A stretch of DNA of 64,000 nt. Source: a bacterium (GTDB lineage: Bacteria; Electryoneota; Electryoneia; Electryoneales; Electryoneaceae). Location: positions 2,304,001-2,368,000 of the forward strand of contig CAXXKJ010000002.1 of NCBI GenBank assembly GCA_963675295.2, given 5' to 3'. The translations under genes were made by a program, and so were the position numbers. The notes under the pieces were generated by a model that did no database searches, had not been told where the DNA came from, and saw only the letters and a program-made list of their open reading frames with translations. Of the stretch, positions 39,855 to 47,444 are shown piece by piece; positions within the stretch are counted from its first letter, which is position 1, and every line of letters begins with the position of its first letter.

Positions 39855-40868
39855 ATGACCATCTCCAAGTTTCGTTTTTTCACAGCCATAATGCTCGTCG
39901 CGTTATGGTTTTTCTTTGCAGCCTGCAGCGAAGACTCCGATGATCCAGTCAGCCCGGGACCCGAACCGCAGGACACTCTTGACGTCGATTTCCTGATGGG
40001 ATTCTGGAACTGCGCGGAAGGCAATGAGGATTCATACCCGATTACCACGCTCTCGTTCGGCGAGGAAATGAATGGGATGATCGGCACGATGCAGGCACTG
40101 GATTACATGGTCTGGGAGGCGACCGACAGCACGTTGATGATCAATACGATCAACGGAATTCGCGACTATAATTACGAATATGCCAATGATTCGCTGTCGC
40201 TGTGGGTTGGACTTGGCGGCAAGCTGAACTTCGGCAAGGTGACCGATGCGGACACGGTGTACATCGAGCAGAATCCGTACCGCGCAGCCGTACTATTGCC
40301 GGAACTGATGGAATTGCACCTTGGGTTGTACGACGCGACCGGTTTGCAGCTGGTCTCGCTGTTCACCGGACTGGTGCAATCCGGGCAGCAGTTGATTTAT
40401 TACGATTACCCGGAAACGGTGCTGAATCAGGTGGTCGCGTTCGACGCGATCCGTAATGGCGGCACCCATTCGCGGCAGTACAAGGTGGTCGCACACCGTC
40501 CCGCTGTGCCGGAAGAAGCGAAGGACATAGTGGCGGATTTCTGGGACGCACAGCTCTACCTCGACAAGGAATTCGCGCTTGCGGGTAAAGATACTTTCGG
40601 CGATGCGTGGGAAGGTACCGAAGAAGACTGGTTCGCATTGACGATCCAGGAGAAGCTGCCGTACCTGCCGGGTAATATCCGTCGCAACCTGCCGGCGGAA
40701 GGCACCGACTCGTACTACTGGTACATCGCGGACTACACGTACCAGTTCGGTTTTGGCTGGACCGATGGGGTCGATGATGTCGTGAACACCGTCGAATGGG
40801 ACGGGACCAGCGAAAAGCTGACCGAATACCGTGTGCTGCTGGGATTGGAAGAAGAGGAGATGGAATAA
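39855..40868 (+). CDS. Hypothetical lipoprotein (paralog A)
   Basis: Lipobox FFAA-C followed by acidic SEDSDD; aligns by eye with the next gene. Confidence 0.75.
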   Translation: MTISKFRFFTAIMLVALWFFFAACSEDSDDPVSPGPEPQDTLDVDFLMGFWNCAEGNEDSYPITTLSFGEEMNGMIGTMQALDYMVWEATDSTLMINTINGIRDYNYEYANDSLSLWVGLGGKLNFGKVTDADTVYIEQNPYRAAVLLPELMELHLGLYDATGLQLVSLFTGLVQSGQQLIYYDYPETVLNQVVAFDAIRNGGTHSRQYKVVAHRPAVPEEAKDIVADFWDAQLYLDKEFALAGKDTFGDAWEGTEEDWFALTIQEKLPYLPGNIRRNLPAEGTDSYYWYIADYTYQFGFGWTDGVDDVVNTVEWDGTSEKLTEYRVLLGLEEEEME

Positions 40869-40896
40869 ATAGGGTCAGTCGCCTGGGGGGAGGGTG

Positions 40897-41895
40897 ATGC
40901 AACCGAGGTTATGGCGTTTTAGCGCCGGTTTATCCGTGATATTCCTCGCTGCATTTGCTTTTATTGGATGCGAGGATGTGGGCAAAGATAATCCGGTTGA
41001 AACCGGCCCGGATTACAGCTTCATCCACGGATTTTGGGAGGTCTCTGACGATAACCTGGAAAATGCTCCGTTCCAAGTATTCTCATTTGGGCCTGAAGGA
41101 ACGGGGATGTTGGGTTCAAGTGCAGAGATGTCCCAATTCACTTTTTCGATGACGGACAGTTCGATCAAGTTGGACGGTGATAGCGCCAGCCGGACTTTAA
41201 ACTACCAGATGGTATCCGATACGTTCAGGCTGATAGATGGCCTGGGCGATGTTATTTCGTACGTCAGGGTGGTGGATACGGATACGGTTTACTTAGAAGA
41301 CAATCCGGAGTTGGTGAATCTGACGATGCCTGAATTCTATTTCCTGCATGTTGCGGTGCACGGAGGTGGCGGCGAGATCATTAAGACACTCGCAAATGGT
41401 ACTTACTATGCCGGTGTCCACCGGTTCCTCCTGGATTACCCGGATACAACTGAGGGGAGTGATTTTTCGATTGATGCTCATGTGCCTGGAAAATGGTTTG
41501 CCCGGACCTGCCGAACCGTGCAACGCCGTGGCAACGTTTCGCAGGAAACCATGGAATTTGCGGACATGTATTTCGATAAGGAAGCTTATCTGCTGGGTGA
41601 ATACTACTGCTCTTTCCACCCGAGAGGCACAAATGATTTTCATGGAACATTTGAAGAGTGGAAAGAACTGAAGTTTCTTGAAAAACAGGAATATCTGGGG
41701 GGATATTTTCGACACAACATCAACGTAACCGGAGATGCCTTCTATTGGCGGATTGGCGTGTATCCTGAACAGTTCGGGTTCGGCTGGGTTGATGCGTTAG
41801 ATGATGACATAGAAACGATTGAATGGGACGGAACCAGCGAAAAGTTGACCGAATACCGTGTGCTGCTGGGATTGGAAGAAGCGGAAGAGGATTAG
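40897..41895 (+). CDS. Hypothetical lipoprotein (paralog B)
   Basis: Lipobox AFIG-C; shares DTVYxExNP, QFGFGWxD and EWDGTSEKLTEYRVLLGLEE with paralog A; lower GC. Confidence 0.75.
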   Translation: MQPRLWRFSAGLSVIFLAAFAFIGCEDVGKDNPVETGPDYSFIHGFWEVSDDNLENAPFQVFSFGPEGTGMLGSSAEMSQFTFSMTDSSIKLDGDSASRTLNYQMVSDTFRLIDGLGDVISYVRVVDTDTVYLEDNPELVNLTMPEFYFLHVAVHGGGGEIIKTLANGTYYAGVHRFLLDYPDTTEGSDFSIDAHVPGKWFARTCRTVQRRGNVSQETMEFADMYFDKEAYLLGEYYCSFHPRGTNDFHGTFEEWKELKFLEKQEYLGGYFRHNINVTGDAFYWRIGVYPEQFGFGWVDALDDDIETIEWDGTSEKLTEYRVLLGLEEAEED

Positions 41896-41933
41896 GAGAC
41901 CGGTAAACCTGGATTAAGACAATCCAAGCTGGA

Positions 41934-42147
41934 TCTTCTTCACTTCTCTTCGTTCCGTTCAGAATGACGCGCATTGTGAACGGTACTAGTTGACAAGATT
42001 GCAAGGGGGACACTTACGGAGTAAGTGTCCCCTGTTTTTGACCAAGAGTATGGTGATTCAACGTGCAGGAGGATAGCGATTCAACGTGTAGACTGTTGAT
42101 CATCTGGCTCTTCCTCACTTCTCTTCGTTCCGTTCGGAATGACGCGC
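41934..42147. repeat. 39-bp direct repeat pair flanking a GGGGACAC hairpin
   Basis: tcttcYtcacttctcttcgttccgttcRgaatgacgcgc at 41934-41972 and 42109-42147 (2 mismatches). Confidence 0.8.
42006..42040 (+). terminator. Likely intrinsic terminator formed by a GGGGACAC-family hairpin
   Basis: ggggacacttac-gga-gtaagtgtcccc followed by tgtttttg, between convergent genes. Confidence 0.55.
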
Positions 42148-42196
42148 TGTCCATCTTTCGGTTGGATAGCTGGCGTTTCCTCGCATCGTATCGAGT

Positions 42197-43033
42197 TCAT
42201 TCCGCGAACACCCGCGCCCAGAAGTCGACCATGAAGTCCCAGGAATACTTATCCGCTGTCTTGTTGTAGGCTGCGCCCTTGCTCGGATCGTTCCCGGCCA
42301 TTGGCTGGGTGAAGGCGTGGACGGCGTTGGCGTATTCGACGAAGATGTAACTCACGTCGGCGTCGTCCATGTTCTGCTTGAACGTGTCGACGTCGGTCTT
42401 GGGGACGTGCGGATCGTCCGCGCCGTGTTGCACAAGGACTTCGCAGGTCATCGCGTCAGCCATACCAGCGGTGATGGGGGACAGGCCGCCGTGGAAGGAG
42501 ACAATTCCGCGCAGATCCGCGCCGGTTCCGGCGAGCATCAATGAGGCCGTTCCGCCGAAGCAGTAGCCCATCGCGCCGGCACGGGAACCGTCCACCTGCT
42601 CGAACGAACGCAGGAACTCCAGTGATCCGGCGGTGTTCCGTTGAAACAGCTCCGGGTTCTGGTAGAACTGGCCGGCCTGCTGCGCGGCTTCGTCCCGGTT
42701 GGCCGGACGTATGCCCTCACCGTACAAATCCGCTGCCAGCACGAAGTAGCCGAGCTCCGCGACCTCACGTGCGCGGCGTTTCTCGTAGTCGGTCAAACCC
42801 ATCCACTGGTGGAAGATGACGACGCCGGGCATTGGGGTGGCTGCATGCTGGTCGTAGGCGATGAAGCCTTCGAAGGACTGCTCGCCGACGGTGTAGCGGA
42901 CGGTTTCGGTGTGGATGCTCATCGCGTGGTCTTTCGGGCTGGTGATGACGGTCTGCGCGGTCGCGCTGGTTGCCAGCAGGACTGTGGCGGCGAGCGCAAT
43001 GACGGCGGTGATGATGGTAGTACGTATCTGCAT
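42197..43033 (-). CDS. Exported dienelactone hydrolase family protein
   Basis: Signal peptide MQIRTTIITAVIALAA...; GYCFGG nucleophile, SFHG, HGADDP, AVHAFT; SD AGGAGG. Confidence 0.92.
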   Translation of the reverse strand: MQIRTTIITAVIALAATVLLATSATAQTVITSPKDHAMSIHTETVRYTVGEQSFEGFIAYDQHAATPMPGVVIFHQWMGLTDYEKRRAREVAELGYFVLAADLYGEGIRPANRDEAAQQAGQFYQNPELFQRNTAGSLEFLRSFEQVDGSRAGAMGYCFGGTASLMLAGTGADLRGIVSFHGGLSPITAGMADAMTCEVLVQHGADDPHVPKTDVDTFKQNMDDADVSYIFVEYANAVHAFTQPMAGNDPSKGAAYNKTADKYSWDFMVDFWARVFAE

Positions 43034-43144
43034 TGGACCCTCCTGGTTCTCGTGGTGAATCGGAGAAACATACGGCGGATCGGAGAATCTGTTGAAGTGG
43101 AATGTGAAGGGATGGGGGAGGGGAGAGTTAGGCGGGGTGAACAA

Positions 43145-43208
43145 AAGAGATGTGAAATTTGAAATGTGAGAACACAAGGTTTGAGGTGTGATGTGTGAGG
43201 TATGAGGA
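43145..43208. repeat. 7-bp periodic tandem repeat (NTGARRT)
   Basis: aagagat gtgaaat ttgaaat gtgagaa ... ttgaggt gtgatgt gtgaggt atgagga. Confidence 0.7.
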
Positions 43209-43309
43209 AAAGAAAACTGCCACAGACTTGCGTCCATGGCAGTTGATCAATTGTCTGTATCGACAGGTTGCAGGTGCGGAAGACGCAACGAACGCTACTG
43301 TTGGATCTT

Positions 43310-43372
43310 TTACGTCTGCTACGCCGCTTGCGTCTTTTACCTCCGTTGCGTCCTTTGCGTCAGTTGCCTCCC
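43310..43372. repeat. 9-bp periodic tandem repeat x7 just past the pyrC stop
   Basis: ttacgtctg ctacgccgc ttgcgtctt ttacctccg ttgcgtcct ttgcgtcag ttgcctccc; partly complementary ggaagacgcaacgaacgc near 43278. Confidence 0.7.
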
Positions 43373-43373
43373 G

Positions 43374-44735
43374 TCACTTCACGAGCATCCTCGCATCGGG
43401 TGCGATCAGTGTCCAGCCGCGGTTGATGATGCCGAGGGACTTGACCGGCAGTTGCCAGCCGCCGAACGGGGTGTTGTGTCCCTTGGTGAAGAACCGTGCG
43501 GAATCCACGGTCCAGATGGCTTCCGGGTCGACAATGGTCAGGTCGGCGGCGGAGCCTACTGAGATCGGCGCTGCAGGCAGCTCGAGGATCTCGCGTGGAC
43601 GCACGGCGAGCAGCGTGATCAGCTTGTTCCAGTCGGGTTTGCCGTTGCCAAGCACCTTGGCCAGAACGCCGAGGGCGGTTTCGAGGCCGACGACACCGTC
43701 CGGCACGAGACTGTATTCAACGAGGCACTCTTCGTCGGTGAGCGGCATGTGGTCGGCGGCGACGGCGTCGATGGTGCCGTCCGTGATCGCCGCGATCAGA
43801 GCGTCTTTATCGCGCTTGCTGCCTAACGGCGGCGAGGTCTTGAAGTTGCCGTCGAAGGTTTCGGTGGCTTCGTCGGTCAGTGCGATGTGATGCGGGGTGG
43901 TGTCGCAGGTGACCTTGACGCCGCGTTCGCGGGCCCACCGGATCAGGTCGAGTGACTCGACGCTGGAGACCGCTTCGAGGTGCAGCTTGGAGCCGGTGTG
44001 CAATGCGAGCAGCAGCGACTTGGCGACGGCCATGGATTCAGCGATGGACGGCCACGGTTTCTGGCCGAGGCGTGTCGAAACCGGTCCCTCGCGCACGACC
44101 CCTCCGGCGGCGAGGCTGGTTTCCTGCGCGCGGCTGGAGATGGTGAGGTTGTGCAATTTCATGTATTCCAGGGCGCGACGCATGATCTCAGGGGTTGCCG
44201 CAGGACGGCCGGTGTCGCTGAAGACTCGGACGCCCATATGGAAGATGTCGTCCACGTCGGTGAGGCGTCGGCCTTCGTCATCCCGGGCGACCGAGGCGAC
44301 CGGAACCACATTCACCGGCGAACCGCTGGTTTGATCCTGGATCCACTTGACGATGCCGGCGTTGTCGATGTACGGGTCGGTGTCCGGCGTGATTGAGACG
44401 CCGGTATAGCCGCCCGCCGCCGCCGCGCAGATGCCGGTGGTCAGGGTTTCACGGTCTTCGTGACCGGGCTGGCCGAAGTGTGCGTGCATGTCCTGGAACC
44501 CGGGCGCGAGGATCTTGTCGCGCAGGTCGAGTTCAACGTAACCCTTCAGTTCATCACGGTTGATCTTGCCGATTTTGGTGATCTTGCCACGGTCAATCAG
44601 CACGTCCGCGGTCTTGTCGAGTCCGGTGGCCGGATCAATCAGGCGCGCGCCGTGCAGGATGAGGGTCTGTGTGCGTTGCACCAGCCAGTCGTGGCTTTTC
44701 AGGAGGTCGGTACCCTGTTTGCTTCGCCAGCTCAT
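43374..44735 (-). CDS. pyrC: Dihydroorotase (type I, pyrB-associated)
   Basis: PGFQDMHAHFGQPG, AAAGGYT, PHH, FKTSPPL, ADHMP. Several usual His/Asn ligands look substituted (SSRAQE, LEAVSS), so it may be a non-catalytic PyrC'. Confidence 0.88.
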   Translation of the reverse strand: MSWRSKQGTDLLKSHDWLVQRTQTLILHGARLIDPATGLDKTADVLIDRGKITKIGKINRDELKGYVELDLRDKILAPGFQDMHAHFGQPGHEDRETLTTGICAAAAGGYTGVSITPDTDPYIDNAGIVKWIQDQTSGSPVNVVPVASVARDDEGRRLTDVDDIFHMGVRVFSDTGRPAATPEIMRRALEYMKLHNLTISSRAQETSLAAGGVVREGPVSTRLGQKPWPSIAESMAVAKSLLLALHTGSKLHLEAVSSVESLDLIRWARERGVKVTCDTTPHHIALTDEATETFDGNFKTSPPLGSKRDKDALIAAITDGTIDAVAADHMPLTDEECLVEYSLVPDGVVGLETALGVLAKVLGNGKPDWNKLITLLAVRPREILELPAAPISVGSAADLTIVDPEAIWTVDSARFFTKGHNTPFGGWQLPVKSLGIINRGWTLIAPDARMLVK

Positions 44736-45655
44736 TTTTCACCTCCCGCGATCAGGTACAGAATGGCCATGCGCACCGCGACACCGTTCGTCACCTGTTG
44801 CAGGATGACGCTGTGCGGTCCGTCCGCGACGTCGGCGTCCAATTCGAGCCCGCGATTGATCGGGCCGGGGTGGAGGATGGTCAGGGGTTTGTTTGATGCG
44901 GCCAACCGTTCGGATGTGACGCCGAATGTCTGGTGATATTCACGCTTTGACGGGAACAGTCCGGAATCCTGGCGTTCGAGCTGGATGCGCAGCACGTTGA
45001 GCACGTCCGACTTGGCAATCGCTTCGTCGAGATCATGGTACACCTTGACGCCGAGATCCTCGATGTCGCGCGGGATCAGGGTTGGCGGTCCGCAAACGGC
45101 GACCTGCGCGCCCATGGTGGTGAGGCCGTAGATGTTCGACAGGGCGACGCGGCTGTGCGAAATGTCGCCGACGAGGGTGACACGCAGCTTGTTGAAGTCG
45201 CCGTAGACCTCACGCAGCGTCATCATGTCGAGCAGCGCCTGGGTCGGGTGTTCGTGCGCGCCGTCGCCGGCGTTGATCACCTTCGAGTCGCAGTATTTCG
45301 CGAGCAGGTTCGGTGCGCCGGGCAGCGGGTGCCGCATGACGACGAGGTCGATTTTCATCGCCTCGAGGTTGCGGATGGTATCGATCAGCGTTTCGCCCTT
45401 GTTGACGGAAGAGGCGGAGGCGCTGAAATTGACGACATCCGCGCTGAGGCGTTTTTCGGCGAGTTCGAAGCTGATGCGGGTTCGGGTTGAGTTTTCGAAG
45501 AAGGCGTTGACGACGGTAACATGCCGCAGGGTCGGGACTTTCGGCACCGGCCGGCTGAGGATTTCCTTGAACGCAACAGCGGAATCGAGGATCGCGGTGA
45601 TGTCCTCAGCGGGAACGTCGCGCAGGCCCAGCAGGTGCGTGGATTTCAAGGCCAT
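44732..45655 (-). CDS. pyrB: Aspartate carbamoyltransferase catalytic subunit
   Basis: FFENSTRTRISF, NAGDGAHEHPTQALLD, HPGPINRG. Confidence 0.98.
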   Translation of the reverse strand: MALKSTHLLGLRDVPAEDITAILDSAVAFKEILSRPVPKVPTLRHVTVVNAFFENSTRTRISFELAEKRLSADVVNFSASASSVNKGETLIDTIRNLEAMKIDLVVMRHPLPGAPNLLAKYCDSKVINAGDGAHEHPTQALLDMMTLREVYGDFNKLRVTLVGDISHSRVALSNIYGLTTMGAQVAVCGPPTLIPRDIEDLGVKVYHDLDEAIAKSDVLNVLRIQLERQDSGLFPSKREYHQTFGVTSERLAASNKPLTILHPGPINRGLELDADVADGPHSVILQQVTNGVAVRMAILYLIAGGEK

Positions 45656-45706
45656 CAGGCGCACCCTCCATGCATCGGGTGTACGGGGTTTGCGTGGCGG
45701 ATGGTG

Positions 45707-46261
45707 CTAATCATCGGCCCGTCCTCCTCGCATCAGGACAACTTCGTCGGACCCGTCCATCTCCTTCATGTGGACCTGAACATTCTCCGAGCTGGATGTC
45801 GGGATGTTCTTGCCGACAAAATCGGCCTTGATCGGCAGTTCGCGGTGTCCGCGGTCGACGAGCACGGCCAGTTGCACGCGTGACGGGCGGCCGTAGGCCA
45901 TCAAGGCGTCCAGCGCGGCGCGTGAGGTGCGGCCGGTGTAGAGGACGTCGTCCACCAGCAGCACGGTGCAGCCGTCAATGTCGAACGGGATTTCGGTCAC
46001 CTGCATGCCCGGGCCGACTTTGCGGGTGCGGAAATCATCCCGGTACATGGTCACATCGAGCACTCCGGTGGTGAGTTCGCGGCCGACGATCTCGCTCATT
46101 TGTTTGGCGATCCGTTCCGCCACATGCACGCCGCGCGACCGGATTCCGACGATGCCGAGGTGGTCGACACCCCGGTTCCGTTCGATGATCTCATGCGCCA
46201 GCCGTGCGATGGAACGTTGAATGTCCATCTCATCCATGAGACGGACTTCCTTTTCCGGCAT
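45707..46261 (-). CDS. pyrR: Bifunctional pyr attenuation regulator / uracil phosphoribosyltransferase
   Basis: RLAHEIIERN, LDVTMYRDD, LVDDVLYTGRT, VDRGHRELPI; SD GAGGAGG. Confidence 0.97.
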   Translation of the reverse strand: MPEKEVRLMDEMDIQRSIARLAHEIIERNRGVDHLGIVGIRSRGVHVAERIAKQMSEIVGRELTTGVLDVTMYRDDFRTRKVGPGMQVTEIPFDIDGCTVLLVDDVLYTGRTSRAALDALMAYGRPSRVQLAVLVDRGHRELPIKADFVGKNIPTSSSENVQVHMKEMDGSDEVVLMRGGRADD

Positions 46262-46370
46262 TGGCTCCTCCTCGTGGTGGTGTATTCCAAGCCTGTATCT
46301 GTGGTTAGACTGATGTCCGTGTTTCGTCGTGAAGCATGTTCCGGCCCGATCTTGCATACAGGTGCGGATG

Positions 46371-46523
46371 ATCCCTGCTGGCGGAGCCATCAGGGGCACA
46401 TGCAAGGTGGCCGTGTCTGTTTGCAGACGCGGACGTGAGAATCTTTGGTTCAGCCCAGACATAAATGTCTGGGGCACGTACGGGAAACGGTTGATCATCC
46501 GCGACATGCATGTCGTGGGCATG
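46371..46523. repeat. Four REP-like hairpins inside the pyrR leader
   Basis: atccctgctggcggagccatcaggggca (46371), ccgtgtctgtttgcagacgcgg (46411), gcccagacataaatgtctggggca (46453), atccgcgacatgcatgtcgtgggca (46497). Confidence 0.75.
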
Positions 46524-46563
46524 CAGCTGATCAGAGTACCGGTCGGGGATGGGGGAATCTGAG

Positions 46564-46595
46564 ACAAAAAAAGCGCCATCCCCAGTGGGACGCGC
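46564..46595 (-). terminator. pyr attenuator terminator
   Basis: Transcript gcgcgucccacuggggauggcgc followed by UUUUUUUGU. Confidence 0.85.
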
Positions 46596-46671
46596 ATCGG
46601 CAGGCGGCTCGAACGGTCTGGTGGCGGTTGGGCCACTCACGTTTCGGGTCCGGGTGGTGCCCGGTGAACGT

Positions 46672-46704
46672 CCCTTGTCCGTCTCTCCGGACGGGCTTAA
46701 AGGG
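46672..46704 (-). promoter_or_regulatory. PyrR binding loop (anti-antiterminator)
   Basis: Transcript CCCUUUAAGCCCGUCCGGAGAGACGGACAAGGG resembles the CUUUAA...GUCCnGnGAG.C...AAGG consensus; the overlapping GGGACG can pair with terminator CGUCCC (antiterminator). Confidence 0.88.
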
Positions 46705-46713
46705 TCGAACAAG

Positions 46714-46742
46714 AAGATAGCGGCTGCCTCGGCGGAGGACAA
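46714..46742 (-). promoter_or_regulatory. sigma70 promoter of pyrRBC
   Basis: TTGTCC-N17-TATCTT on the minus strand, about 10 nt upstream of the PyrR loop. Confidence 0.7.
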
Positions 46743-46802
46743 GGACGGCTCGCGGGGAATCGGTGTGAGAGCGGGTAAAATGAGCGGAGAACGTAAGCGG
46801 AA

Positions 46803-47444
46803 TCAGGGGTTACGGCGTTTACGTGCCGCCTCTCGGCCCCGCTTGGCGACATGCGGCCAGATGCCGAACGCCTTCGCGGTGAGCTCATTGATGTCGCCGT
46901 CATTGCGGATGGTGAAGTCGCTGTGCTTGCTCTTGGTCAATGCCGGGATCTGCATCTTGTAGCGCTGCATCATCTCTTCGACGGTGAGGCCCATACGTAC
47001 GGCGGCACGTTCCGCGCCCCGGTGCGGATCGACGATGACGGTGACGAGGACGTCGTAGCGGTCCTGATCTTCCCATTCGAAGATCATCGCGGCGTCGACC
47101 ATGGCGATTTTTCCGGCGTCGAGCGTTTCGGCGATTTCTTTCTCGAGACGGGTACGGATGTGCGGCCAGCTGGCGGCGTTGAGGTCGTTGCGGGCTTGTT
47201 CATCGGAAAAGACCAGCCGTCCAAGGGCGGCGCGGTCGAGCGTATCGCCGGACCAGACGTCGTCGCCGAAGCGATCCTTGAGCCACGCGCGGAACTCGGT
47301 GGAGTGTTCGACGACCTCACGGCCGAGGCGGTCTCCTTCGATGATTCGTGCGTTGTAGCGCGACCACAGGTTGGCGACCGTGGATTTGCCGCTTCCGATG
47401 TTCCCGGTCACCCCGACGATGAACGGGAAAGGCTCTGGTTTCAT
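46803..47444 (-). CDS. coaE: Dephospho-CoA kinase
   Basis: GVTGNIGSGKSTV, LDRAALGRLVF, VDAAMIFE, SDFTIRNDG. Confidence 0.95.
   Translation of the reverse strand: MKPEPFPFIVGVTGNIGSGKSTVANLWSRYNARIIEGDRLGREVVEHSTEFRAWLKDRFGDDVWSGDTLDRAALGRLVFSDEQARNDLNAASWPHIRTRLEKEIAETLDAGKIAMVDAAMIFEWEDQDRYDVLVTVIVDPHRGAERAAVRMGLTVEEMMQRYKMQIPALTKSKHSDFTIRNDGDINELTAKAFGIWPHVAKRGREAARKRRNP

Noticed and set aside
40794-41881. Diversity-generating retroelement template/variable repeat pair
   Set aside because: Only two mismatches, one of them C/T, both synonymous. Both copies are coding and no reverse transcriptase is in the window.
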